A stretch of DNA of 64,000 nucleotides. It comes from Coniocarpon cinnabarinum. Its lineage: Eukaryota. The position numbers and the translations under genes were made by a program. The notes below the pieces were generated by a model that made no database searches, had not been told where the DNA came from, and saw only the letters and a program-made list of their open reading frames with translations. Below, one piece after another: positions 24,823-37,500 of the stretch. The DNA lies in the NCBI GenBank assembly GCA_051942205.1, contig JAVECO010000001.1, positions 248,001-312,000 of the forward strand, in the 5' to 3' direction. The number at the start of each line of letters is the position of its first letter. Position 1 is the first letter of the stretch.

Positions 24823-25485
24823 AGTGTTCAACTTTAACGGCATCTCATCAAATAATGGGGTGGTCCAGTGTGATTTGCACGAAGCCAAAGCTGTTGTACA
24901 ACTCTGATGATCCTCAATGACGCCATGGGCTGATGGAAGCTATCCTGCAAGACACGCGCTGTCGGTGTCTCAAGAAACAAAAGCCGTACCCTCGGATGTG
25001 CGACGTCGCGACTTCAGCGGTGGATCGAAGGAAGCATGGTGAGCTTTTATATGTAGGCAGCAGTGGAGGCGTGACTCTCACGTCATGCTATTAAAGAAGT
25101 CATTGCTTGATTAGCTTGTACCACGCGAGCGAAGAGAAGAAAACATCAGCAGAGTCTGACGATGGAACAGTAATGCTACGGAGTATTTATGCAGGGATAT
25201 CGTCGCCGGTGGCGATATGCAGGGGGGTCGTTACACTAGCCACACGGCACTTCTCATGCAACAATCCTCAATGCCTACCTAGGTCCGAAGCCCCGAGACC
25301 CAGACGTTCTTGCAGAGTCACAAAACGAGTGAAACAGCGAACATATTAATAATGGCAAGAGCAACTCAAGCCTCGTCAGGAGAGGCCTTGATGGCTCAGT
25401 AGTCGCCGGTGGACGCCAGAACATACCTCTACACGAGCTCTACTCAACATGCTCTAGTCATTGTGCAGAAGGCTTCGCCCCTGTT

Positions 25486-26403
25486 CTAGTTCAACGTGTA
25501 CTCGATATCATCCAACACAACCACCGTAGGGCCCGTCCCATCCTCTCCAACTGCAGTTCCGATCAAAGCTTGCGAAATGCCTCGGAAACTCTCCGGCAAC
25601 TGCGCCTTGAACATGAACGTGCCGACAGCTGGACCACGGAAGAAGTTGAAGCTTGAAGCGGGGATGAGACTGCCATCCTATGATGTGTGCATTAGCAACG
25701 AGCCTACACGTACGCTGTGGAAATATAATAGCCCAGTGGCGTTCAGCGTACCGGATGGTGACCTGTGACTGCAATAGCGCAACCAGAACCACTCGTAGAG
25801 CCAAACAGCGTACAGCCGTAGTAGAAACTTGTCAAGTCAAAGGTTTGAGAATCACTTGCTGGTGATATTTCTTTGAAAGTGTAGTCGCTGGGGTCGACTT
25901 GATCGGGCCGGTAGGAAGGGCTGCCAATGACTGCGAATCACAGAGTCAGCACTGACAGCGTCATACTATAGAGCAGAACTATTAAGAATAGGAGCAGGTG
26001 AGCCATACCATTGGGCGTCGACTGCGGATACACTCCATCTGCGCTCCCGACATTACCACCGGTCTGAGACGCAGTGCCTTGGAAGAAGTTGGTGTAGTTC
26101 AGGCCTTGGTACGTGAACGGCGCGAACTGATCTGTGCCAGCGCCGGCGAGAGGAACAGCATATCCGCCCGCGAATTGAAGGTCGTCGAACTGTCGTCCAT
26201 TAGCTTCAAGCTCGAAGTGCACAGATACCAGGTCGTCAACGGGACGTTCGAAGAGCCGCACAGACGAGGGTGGGGGTAGAAGCAATGGGAACCTGTGAGG
26301 AGCTAATAGCATTGAGATAGGCAAAGAAGGCACCTACGTTTGCGACCATAGACTGTGCAGCAGCCAGTGATGCCAGCGAGGCGAGAAGAAGCTTACCCTT
26401 CAT
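25486..26403 (-). CDS. Putative secreted protein, multi-exon, no confident family
   Basis: Signal peptide MKGKLLLASLASLAAAQ, GTAGGT donor at 26337, coding blocks FDDLQFAGG..YQGLNYTNF and C-terminal VVVLDDIEYTLN*. Confidence 0.6.
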
Positions 26404-27149
26404 GGTCGCGTGTACGTGGCCTGGTGTGAGTAGAGAGAAAGACAAGTTGCAGCGCCACACTTTGCAATGAGAAACAGGCCACGTTACGCGCAACCAGCTG
26501 TGATTGACAGCCTTGGCGGTCCTCACAGCTTATATATCCGAGGCAGTCATGCATATCGCACCTACCCACCATTATTGCAATCACAAACCGCTCGGCTCGA
26601 GGCAACACCCACAAGCCATGTGCAAGCGGGCACCAGTCAAGTACCCGGACGACGCATCTCAGCTCGTATACTTTCGCCTATTACATGACAGCGAGCTTGA
26701 AGAGGATTGGACCTGCGCGAATTATTGTATTGAATAAGGCTGACTTGTGATGTTGGAGGAGATACGCAGCTAACATGGTGGCTTTGGCGCTAGACTTTGA
26801 TGGGAGTCGCAGAGTCATGCGAATCACAAATGATGCTCCAATGTCCAATTGTTGTGGCTGCCTTTCAGCCTGCCTGGGCATGATTGAATATCATGACCAC
26901 GTCTCCCCTGAATTGATACGAGTCCATGACCGCATCGGAGAGTGACAAGTCTCATCACAACTTTCAAAGTCTTCTAGAGCTCCAGTATAAAGACGGCACA
27001 AGCATCCAGAGTCTAGACGCAACTTATTCATTGCAGCAGCGAGACTGACCACAGACGCAGTCAGACAGCGGAACCCAGTACCTCTCGCGTGTAGCTGCCT
27101 TGCCTTGTGAACAGCAAAATTGTATCATAGTCAGTGCCTATTCACTCAG

Positions 27150-27276
27150 CACGTGACTGTCACGATGCTCTGCTTAGGCGACGCGCGTAATCCTCATTCT
27201 CTCGACATCCGTCCACGTGACCATGACTTCCCTGTCCTTAGGCGGGATGACCCGCGAGGTCCTTGTAGCACGTGAC
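27150..27276. promoter_or_regulatory. Cluster of three co-oriented CACGTGAC (GTCACGTG, Cbf1-type bHLH) sites
   Basis: Copies at 27150-27157, 27214-27221 and 27269-27276. Confidence 0.4.
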
Positions 27277-28019
27277 CTGGCTCCGTAGTTTTCCAACTAG
27301 ATCCAAACTGCTCGCCGCCAGTCGCCGAACTTCAATATATCAAGCTTGTAGAGCTCGCTCTCAAGACCCGGCTGCACGTTACCGGCGGCGCAGACAAGCG
27401 AAGAACATGGACACTGTACATCACGTCCATCGCAATTAACGTATTCGCCACACGAGCTGCTTCAGCATCGCCAGCAATCGCCCAAGAAATCCTAGTCAAG
27501 TCAATTCACTCAAGCGAGCTTGCTCTCAGTCGAGCTTCATGCAAGTATTAGCAAGCTTGATGTTACCTTGCTTTTCAATGGCCACACATTGGAACTGGGC
27601 GTGAAGAGGAGTTGGACATATAGCGAAAGAGTCCACTTTGCATTCAAGGTGCAGAACAAATACATTCAGAGCCATGGCTCCTACCGTCTTTTTGATGGAA
27701 ATCCCAGAAAGCAAGAGCGTGACATCATTGCACTCAGAAACAGAGACTCGACGAAGCCCCCTCGAAAGGCTCTCACTGCTGTCGATCCGCTCCAAGAACA
27801 TTTTGGTCCGCACATCCACTATCTTGCACAGAATGGTACCATTAGCAACCAGTCAATCGATACCGTGTTGTCTCGATCGAATATATCCCAGCATGGTCTA
27901 CAATCCCTCACGTGCACTGAAGGAGTCGACGGTGCGTACCATTGCGGAGACCTCGTCCATGACCCTTCACAAATCCCAGACAACCCGGACTTTGCTTTGC
28001 TTTGGTGACAGCGAAGCTA

Positions 28020-29249
28020 CTACACGCACGACGCGTGTTCTCTATCCGCCTCGAATATTGAATCTCTGCTGCGGTTTCGAGTCACCCCAATTTTCTGAGC
28101 GTCATGCCTCAAGGTGCTCAGGTTGCCAACACCAGTCAGGGTGAAGTTGAGATCATCTCTATTATGGTTCAGGTTTCGTTCGCGCGCATCATCTCCACTG
28201 GCGCCATTTAAGATCCCGCAGTGCCTCTGGAAACTCCGTGTCCACCAGCTTCGGAGTTCATTGTAAAGTCGCACCGAAACACCACGTAGAGACGGCAAGC
28301 ATGCAGCTATGAGGTACATGCCGCACTCTAGATAAGTGACTATCATGTCAAGTGCGATAGATCCTGCAAACCTTGTAAGCGTTTCCAGCTTTTCGAACAA
28401 GAAAAATAATAAACGTATAGGGAAGAGAACGTGCAACTCACTTGTTGTCTGCTGCGCACCAGGACGTTCAACATAAGTTCGTTGGATGTAGAAGCCCAGG
28501 CGCATACATGCACCGACTGCGCCAGCGCTACCTGTAGCGAATGTGATAGCCAGACCAATTTTCTTGGTGCGTCTCAAATGCATATGCCAAAGAATCGGCA
28601 TTGGTAGCACAAGTATGACGATGTCAGAGATGATATTCGGGAAGCTAATCCATGTACCGACGACGTTATAATCAATGCATTTCCATGGAGGTCCATGGTC
28701 GGTCCAGTAGCTTGATATTGGTTGGCACACGAGTATAGTAGGGACAAGCCAGGCTATAGCATTGGCAACGAGGAAGACCATGATGCCAAAGGTAACGCGT
28801 CGTGCCCAGATAATGATGTCGAAGACCTGCAGGTAAAGCATACAGAGCGAGATCTTTGGTAACGTAGAGGATATTGGATAAAGAATGCTGATAGCATACG
28901 ATGACTTGTACATAGTCAGTAAGCTCTCTGCCTGAGATTTTCCGCTGCGGGCGTTTAACGCGGCCATGTATGATTTTGCGTATCCTACGTGCTTTCGTCA
29001 AATTCCTTACGCAAGATATTGATTGAGTAGCTTCGTACCAATAACAAAGCTGCACAGTAGGATGAAGGCAATCAGCGCAAGTCCAATTATGCCTTCGTTC
29101 AAACCAAAAGTTTGGCCTGGAGTGCCATTCATTCGCGGTGAGATGAGCTTCACCCCTACAAAGAACGCTGCGAGGATCATCAGTGTAAGCGCACCGCGAA
29201 GGGTCTGTTCAAGCTCAAAATCGCCGCGGTTTTGGATACCGACAGTCAT
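28020..29249 (-). CDS. Pth11-like (rhodopsin-domain) integral membrane protein, multi-exon
   Basis: Hydrophobic segments; LPKISLCMLYLQVF, VCQPISSYW...KC, NIISDIVILVLPMP.LW, KKIGLAITF, ECGMYLIAACLP. Confidence 0.85.
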
Positions 29250-30986
29250 ACTGACGTTCGCGATGCTTTGTGTCAAGGACGCCAACAGTGTCCGATTTGT
29301 CACAAGGGAAGGTCAAGCTTTGATGGAATACTTATAGCCATGATTTACGAGGTCAGTTTTTGGCGGACGATTAACGATTCGATTATCGGCTCTCTTCGGG
29401 GCAGCGTGACCTACGTCAAGAAATTGGGTGACCCTACGGTGGTGGCTGGCTGACGTGCTAGTCGCCTCTATTAAAGACGTTGATCAAATGGCGGCGATCA
29501 CATACTAAGAAGTCCTATACAGAGAGCTTAAGGTTAAGAGGCTCAATGCTACCGACGGCCACCTATTCAGCTATCACCCCAGTATCAGCAGCGACTTCAG
29601 GGTGAAGCAATGCTCGGGAACATCAACGCTAGCGAAGACCCCTTCACCACGCGTCTACACGCATGTCGGATCGCAGTCCCCGCTTATTTAATGCAAGCTG
29701 CCAAATGAGCGGGGCGCTTTCATTGAAGGTGACCTCAGGTTAACCCAAGAAAGAATTGGCCTCAGCGTTACCCGAAATGCCGCATGATAGGGTCTTCTGC
29801 CTACCATGGCGGCATTGTCAAGTCATTCTACGACGCTGTGGGCTGATTGCATGGTCTATGCAACTGTGGATTAGCGAATATGAACCTGCGATACTGACTT
29901 CATGCAACCGCCCGGCCTTTGCGAAGAAGCGCACCAGCTTGTCGACCTGCGTTTCGCTGCGGATTTGAACGATAAAGACAATGCAAACTCCATCAGCTAT
30001 GTTGAGCATCGAGAGATCATTTCGGCAATAGTGCTGAACTCGTATGAAATCGGCGAGGCACTGAACCCCATCGAAACAATGCTTCCTTTCGGACCGAGCC
30101 CACACTAAATTCCCTAATTTCAAATGACGGAAGACCTGCATAAGTCATAGCTATATCGCACTCACGGGAAATTGATGCAATGCAACGCAATGCATGAGGA
30201 TGAAGCTTTTGCAGCTGCACGGTGTCTCAAGACCAACCAAACCTGCCATCAATCGTGGCCCGCATACTACGCTGACTTGATGCAAGAGGATTTTCTAGGT
30301 GACAGCTGCATGTGTCATGCCCTATGAAGCAGTTTAAGGTAGCATAGCGCAAGCCGATCTAACAGCAAGCGGACCGCATCTTTTAGGAGTTGCAGATGCC
30401 CTGTTCAAGAAAGATTGGCTCAGGGAGGGAGCATTCCGGTGTCCGATGGATTTCAAGCATGGGGCTGACATCCTCTTGCAGCCTCTTGCCGGTCTCTCCT
30501 GCACTCACTTGTTTCGGATGACTGGGTCTGATGCAGCTGAAATGTGTGCGTCTCCGGGCTTTTGAAACTCGATGTGCATGACCTCCAGGATGAATCTGGT
30601 AAACTTTCGTTCCTTGACACATCTTGTAGGGCTTGATCCGTGTCTGAACAGGCGCATGTCAGCTAAACATGATACGTTGCACATCAAGAAGGCTGTCATG
30701 CACGGAGACGAAAAGGGCTTTGATGATAGTCAAGCGACATGAGATATCTCCTTTAACCCGCGAGTGAAGAGTTGTACAAGTATCGTTTTCTACTCGCAAT
30801 GGCTCCTTTATCCAACCTCACAATCTAAGGGGGGTCCTCTTCACGTCCATTGCTTTACTGCAGCAATTGCTTGGTCATCGTGCCTGTTATCTTGACCTGC
30901 TCGCTTTCTCTGTGGCTCATTGATAAAGGTGGGAAGCGGCGCTCTGTGCACTTCGACCTAATCGAATGTTACTTTTTACGGACGAC

Positions 30987-32243
30987 ATGGCTTCGAATTC
31001 TTACAACTTCGTGAGGTTAAGCCTGGTTATTGCGCTTGCCAGCTCTGTACACAGCGATTCGCTCTGTCAATATAACGGCTGTTCGACGCCATTCCCTCCT
31101 TGACATGGTCACCTCGCATCATCATGGTGGTCCATTGGCAGCCCAAATTTTGGTACCTCGATCATGCAAGTTACTACAGTGTTGAGGGTTCCTAAACCCA
31201 CGTTGAAATCGCCCGGGTACATGGCAATCAACCCAGCCTTGGAAAACACTGTGAGAAGGCCCCACGGCGCCCATCGAATAGCGTGAGGCTCGTGCTGATA
31301 CACGTATATACCCAGAATGTCACAGACTTATTTGATACAGTTCCCACGAGTCAAACATATGGCATGTTGACGGTTGCGTCGCTATCCAACATGTAAGATT
31401 CACGGAACTCAAAATTGTAATGTGAGCATTTGCTAACTTCCGCTGGCAGATGCAATCAATCCGCAGATCAATGGTGTTCGTTCCCTGATTACTATTACAA
31501 CGGATTTGCTGCGACGTTTCTCGCAATTGATCCCAAGGATGGTCAGAATCCGCTGGATTTATTCAACAACATACCGTTCACCTGTAGGTGACCTTCTTCC
31601 ATTGCGATTGTTCAGGAATTGCGATAGCGACTGACTGAGCAGACCACTGGCATCCAGAAAACATCGTGTCTTCACCAATGGATGGTCTCAAACACCAAAC
31701 ACCGGAGCTGATCATGAATAATCTTGCATACGAGAATCAGAGCTGTATGCTTTATCTCCGACTCCACTCAAGTTTGCTTCAGGCGTCTGATTTTTAGATG
31801 CGGACTGACTAGGCTCAGCAGATCCCCCAGAAGTGCCTTGGCAACTGTGGCTTAAGACGGAGTGCCAATGTGGTTTTCAAGGCGTGATACCCGCCCACTC
31901 ATATCTCAACACCACCATCGTACTTGACAGTCAACATCCTGCGCCAGACTTTGACATGTCGATCACCCCACTTGGTTCAAACAACAGTATACGGATCACT
32001 TTAGACGGTGGCGTTACGTGGACTATAGATGAGAGTGAGTGGCGCGAGCGTGAACGCATCCAAGATACGCGCTAATACTCATCGTCAGTCAATATCAACG
32101 AAGGGTGGTGTGAAAATCCTGTTCTGTGTGACAGTGATGGCGTTCCAAGTTCTACTTCTATAGAGCGTGGATCCATCATTACTGTAACGGTTCCATCAAA
32201 GACTGTCACTATTCCAACACTAACTGTGACGGGCCCGCCATAA
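30987..32243 (+). pseudogene. Disrupted multi-exon gene for a secreted Cys-containing protein with Thr-rich tail
   Basis: Signal peptide MASNSYNFVRLSLVIALASSVHS; in-frame TGA at 31101-31103; GT-AG introns (31251-31315, 31393-31449, ~32036-32089). Blocks C....QWC.F, ECQCG..PAHSYLNTTIVL, DGGVTWTIDEININ. Probable frameshift near 31690-31710. Confidence 0.55.
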
Positions 32244-32619
32244 CACTGGCAGAATTTTCAGGTGCTCCACAACACCCTCGAAATTCAAGGATGTGGTCTG
32301 ACTGTTGTCCCAGCACTTTCGTCCTGTGACATTGCCCTCAATTTACCTGACGTTTTACCAGCACATGACCGTGTCAGGTTCCTACCTTTCATACAGCAGT
32401 GCCCAGGCCTACAATTTCAACCATGGCCTTTACATACCTGAGAACTCCCCTCGTGCCCATTGTGCACTAGTAGAGTCTCTCCGTGGAGTTTGACTACCTT
32501 GGATTTTCGCAACGTCCTAGCCGATGCTCTTGGGATGTGAACCAAGCATCAATTAGATTCTGCGGTCCTGCTTCTACTGCACTGCCCTCAGTGTTCTTAG
32601 TGAAGCAGTTATGTCCTTA

Positions 32620-32960
32620 ACGGTATCATTACTATTGTACCATAACCAAATGAGGTGATAACTGAACCACAACTATTAAGGAAAGCGCTTACCGGTTACC
32701 AATAGTTATATAGGGGCACGCAGGTAGATTATATAGAGAGATGCGTACGTGACCTATACGTAACCTACACGTAACCTACACGTAACATCTACGTTACATA
32801 TCTTACTTCTCTGCTACTATTTTTAGTACACGGTAATAACTATAACTATAACTACTAGTAAGACCCTTTTTGGCACTAACTATTAGTAGTAGAGGTTGTA
32901 TCATAACTGCTTAGGGAAGCGGTTAACTATATTGACTGCTAGTTAACTGCTCAGCTAAGA
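32620..32960. repeat. AT/TpA-rich relic, probably RIP-mutated repeat DNA, including an 11-bp tandem repeat at 32746-32789
   Basis: Dense TA dinucleotides (taactataactactagtaag, tattagtagtag), few CA/TG; units tacgtgaccta/tacgtaaccta/cacgtaaccta/cacgtaacatc. Confidence 0.6.
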
Positions 32961-32962
32961 AC

Positions 32963-32964
<2 letters not shown>

Positions 32965-32995
<31 letters not shown>
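32965..32995. repeat. (TG)15 microsatellite
   Basis: Perfect TG dinucleotide run. Confidence 0.97.
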
Positions 32996-32996
<1 letters not shown>

Positions 32997-33065
32997 GGGT
33001 GAGTAGCTAGCTTACTTGACCGAAGCATCAGTCGAGCCCGTCGACAGACACACGCTATGACATCC

Positions 33066-33884
33066 CTAAGTACCACGACTTGACCCGGGAACACCCACTC
33101 CTGGGGCTTCTTTGCGGATCCAAAGTTTGTGGTCAGCAAGCCCTGACAGGTAGTCTGAGCCTGAACCTTTTTCAGAGTCCAGTGAATCAAAGTCGAACAC
33201 GTCGTACGCCGTGCGCAGTAACTCGTAGAGCTTTGACCCTCGCTCACCATGGGATGAGTTCGTAAATATCATTACCGGTTTCTTCGACTTGAGAGCATCT
33301 ACCGGTAGGCCCGCGGACTGGGCACCCATGTCGGTTCGCTCGGGGTTATCGGAGACGTTGGGAGCGAAGTAAAAGGTGTGAGAATCCACGTTCTGGCCAA
33401 GGTCGTTCTGGTTGTCCGCCCGGATGTTCATGGCCTCGAAGACAGCGAGGTCGTCATGTGTGTTCTCTGGTTCGTGAATGTGGACGACGATTTCGCGATC
33501 AGCCCATCCCTTGAGTAAGTGCGCTTCTCTTGCCTCGTGAATGATGTCGCCGAGGAAGACTAGCTGCAGTAGACTCGACCCGTAGTCTTCTGAATATCCT
33601 CCGTGTTCTGCATCCTGGGACTCTCGTAGCGCCAGAGAACCGATCCCTGGGAAGACAACCTTGTTGACTTTGTGCATTTGGGCTCGATGCTGACGCAAAT
33701 CCGCTCGAACCTTGGAACTAATAGGACCCTCATCCCACTGTTTTCTTGTGTCGTGCATGTCATGATTGATCTGGTTATACAGTCTTTTGTTCTGAGGCGC
33801 GCGTGCACTGATGGGGCTTTGAGGGCGAAGATAATGCCAGACCCAACGATTTAAAAACGAAGCATGGACCTGTTCATGAGACAT
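33066..33884 (-). CDS. SRR1-like domain protein (start uncertain; ORF is open to 34247)
   Basis: KVVFPGIGSL...SLLQLVFL...IHEPENT..D...FE pattern resembles the SRR1 domain; FYFAP. Confidence 0.55.
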   Translation of the reverse strand: MSHEQVHASFLNRWVWHYLRPQSPISARAPQNKRLYNQINHDMHDTRKQWDEGPISSKVRADLRQHRAQMHKVNKVVFPGIGSLALRESQDAEHGGYSEDYGSSLLQLVFLGDIIHEAREAHLLKGWADREIVVHIHEPENTHDDLAVFEAMNIRADNQNDLGQNVDSHTFYFAPNVSDNPERTDMGAQSAGLPVDALKSKKPVMIFTNSSHGERGSKLYELLRTAYDVFDFDSLDSEKGSGSDYLSGLADHKLWIRKEAPGVGVPGSSRGT

Positions 33885-34532
33885 GGTGTATTCAACTGTA
33901 GAGTCAAAAGCTTTTCGAATGCAAACGATAGCACGAATGATACTTTGCCAAATTGATAAATGAATTATTGCAAGCCTGTAGTGAGTCGCTGGGAAAGCAT
34001 TAAAATATGTTCGAGACCTCTTCAGGGAAATGGAAACGTTGCCGGATGCCCATACTGTCTCTGCAAGCAGTGCTTGCATGCCACGAAGAATATCATACGC
34101 CATTGAGAAGTTGAGGACAGGTGGTAGGGAACAGATGAGTGTGTTCACGATCGTACGCAATGTTCGGTCTGATCGCGCCGATGGTTTTACAAGATGGCTG
34201 ATGCTTGGAGAAATGAAGAGCAGATCCGAACGCCGCATGCTGCGCAACGCTTAGACACTGACTTTCCAAAAACGCCACGTATGTAAGCCCGGGAAACTGA
34301 TGTCAGAATGTACCCTCTTCGAACTGGAAGGAAATAGGCAAGAAAGAGCGAATGGACCGGAATCCTGCCAAGCGAAGTGTCTTGCGATTGCAATGCAAGA
34401 CACAGTCATCATGAATCAATAGAGGTGTAGTAGATGCACCTTGAATGGCTAAGAGTCCAAGTCAACGACGAAAGAGCAACAACCAGCGCATAAGGTGTCT
34501 CGAATATCAATCATTCATCTTCATGTCGTCTT

Positions 34533-37500
34533 CTACTCTCCCAAGACCTCCTTAGCGACCTCGATCGTCTCACTAGGCAAACCGGCCAATCTCGCTACCT
34601 TGAGCGCGTGGCTTTCTCGATTGACACCTTCTCTCATGCGATGATCAAACCGGAATTCAATACCCCTCTCCTTCTTCCCTCCCTCCGCCACGTCCTCCAC
34701 AACCCTCGTACAGAAACAACCCACCTCCTCCCAATCCCCGACTAAATCCACTAACCCATGGAAATGCGTCGCAAATAGCACCCTCCCCACTCCTCTCCGT
34801 CGTAGAGTCTCAAGAACTGCAAAACCAACCGCGACGCCATCTTCCGGCGTGGTCCCCCGTCCGACTTCATCCATGACGACCAGACTTCGCGGTCCGGCGT
34901 TCTTCAGGATCTGTGCCGTTTCGAGCATCTCCACCATGAATGTGCTTTGATCTTGGTAGAGGTTATCGGCGGAGCCAATGCGGCTGAACACGGCGTCGAC
35001 GAGGCCAAGACGGGCGTATGAAGCGGGGACGTAGAGGCCTGTTTGTGCTAAGATGGAGATGAGCGCCGTCTGGCGGAGGTAGGTTGATTTGCCGGCCATG
35101 TTGGGGCCGGTGATAAGGTGGATTGAGCGGTTGTTGTTCGCATTTGAAGCGTCATGCTTGTGGCTGGGAAGCCCGATCATCGTGTCATTCGCTGTGAAGG
35201 ACCGGCCGGACGAAGTAAGACCTGCTTCCACGGTCATGTGTCTACCATCGACGATCTGCATACTCCTCGACTCATCAAGGACAGGCCGAACAAGATTGCA
35301 CTCCTGAGCAAGGACCGCACTACTGCACGCGACGTCAAGTTCATCCAGAACAGCCGCATTGCGCCGAAGCGGCACGATATTCGCGCAAACCCCTTCACGC
35401 AGCGACTTGAAGATGCGCTGTTCTTCGCTGCGAATGCGGAGCTTGGCATCTTCGATCCGCGCGCCGAGAGAGGTCCAGGACGGGAGGTAGAAGGAACGTG
35501 TAGTCTTACTGGCGCTGACGGTGCGGGCTTCTTTGATGATGTGGGAGAAGTCGGCTTTGGTGTCTTTGCCTTTGACGTGGACGATGTGGCCGAGGCCGGG
35601 TGTCATTTTTAATGTGAGAGATTTTGCCCCGAGCTGATCTTGTAGCTTTGTGGATAGATCGGAGACTGCTTGGCGGAGAGACAAGAGCTGATCGTGGAGC
35701 GCTCTGAGGATAGGACTGGCGGTTCGACGCATGACCCAAATCTCATTCGATGGCGATGTTTCTTCGTCGTCGTTGAATCCTTCGCTGGTGACAGACTTTG
35801 CAGATCTGATTGCGCCGAGTCGCTTGTGCAATGCAGCCATGTCCGCCGCACCTTCAGATGCTATCGCTTCTTGAGCCAAAGCTGCTGCGTCCGCTGCGTC
35901 GTTGTCACGGACGCGGTATCTTGTCATGAGACCCTCTTCATCGATAGCCTCTTGAATCCGCTTTGATAGCTCAGTTGGTGCTTCCCACTCAAACTTGCCA
36001 ATCTGTCGCCGCAGCGGCGATTCTTCATTTGTATGATGGTATACGATATCAGCTACGTTCTTTGCAAGGCTGACAGTCCTCGACAAACTCAACAAATCTT
36101 CAGCGTCCCCCTTCCCAAACGCAACAGCCTGAACCAGTCGCGGCGAATCCGTCGTCCGCTTTAGAAGTGCAGTAGTCTCGTCAACGAGGTCTGGGCGGAC
36201 CAGGAACTCTTGTACCAGATCTAGCCTGTCTTCTATCTCAGATAGAGACATGGAAGGCGAGACCAGCCGTTCTGCCAGCAGACGAGCGCCGCTCCTGGTT
36301 GACGTCCTTCGTACCACGTTCAAAAGTGCGCCTTTCTCTGTCCCGTCTTTGAGTGTTTTGAGGATCTCAAGACCTCGTAGTGTATTCTGGTCGATACTCA
36401 TGTGTTGCGTCTCCTCGTAGGATTGCGGTGTTCGAAGCTGTAAATCTGCGCCCGGCAGCTGCTCTTCCACGTACGCAACCAGCATCTGTGCAGCCTTGGA
36501 TGTCATCTTTGCAGGCACCGATGTTGATGCTTGCTGGTCCGAGTTCGCTGCATGAGTCTTGTTTTCATTTTGGCTGTAGTCATACCACGAAACTCTGTCC
36601 TCGTATTCTTGTAGAGGACGAGAGACGAGATCCTCGTGAGAATCGCGTAATCGTTGGTCCACAACAATCTCACTTGGCGCCAAACGAGCCACAATAGAAG
36701 GAAGCGCAGCAGCAGGCGCAACCTGAGTCATGAAGTCACCGCTGGACAGGTCGATCCAAGCGAAGCTGAGCTGACCCAAACCGCTCGGAGGTAAGGAACC
36801 ATCCGACGCTGGGGTTTTAGGTCGTCGTTGATCAGCTTGGAGTGCTTCAGCGATACCAAGCAGGTAGTTGTGTTCATTCGGCTGCAAGAACTTTTCGTCA
36901 ATCAACGTGCCCGGTGTGACAATCCTCCTAATCTGTCGATCAAACATCAGCCCTCCGCTCTTGACCCGCTGGCTGGGATCATTAGCGGTCTCTTCCGCAA
37001 TCGCGACATGCACACGATGATCCTGCACTAATGTCTTGAGGAAGCGCTCCAGCTGAAAGAACGGAAAGCCAGCCATAGGCACTGGTCCAGCACTGGTTTT
37101 CTTCCTCGCCAGCTTCAGATTGAGCTGAGCAGCCCATTCTTCGGCTTGATGGAAGTAGAGCTCGTAGAATCCCCCTACGCGAGTCAGAACGATGCAATTT
37201 GGGAACTTGATCATATTGTCTCGAGCTTGTTGGATGACTGTTGGAAAGCCAACGGATGGTTTTGCGTCTTCCGGAGAAGCATCTGGAAAATCAGATGCAG
37301 CGACGAGCCCCTGGGGCAGATCGCCAAACTTCACGGTGGTCCGTTTGCCTGCAAGCTTAGGCTTTTGAATCTCTTTTCCAGGCGTGGTGTCTGCATCTTG
37401 TTTAGACGAAGAGGAAGCAACAAGGCCGTGAGGAAGGTCTCCAAACTTCACGGTGGTTCCTTTGCCTCCGCGCTTGGGCTTTTCATTATCGTTTTTAGGC

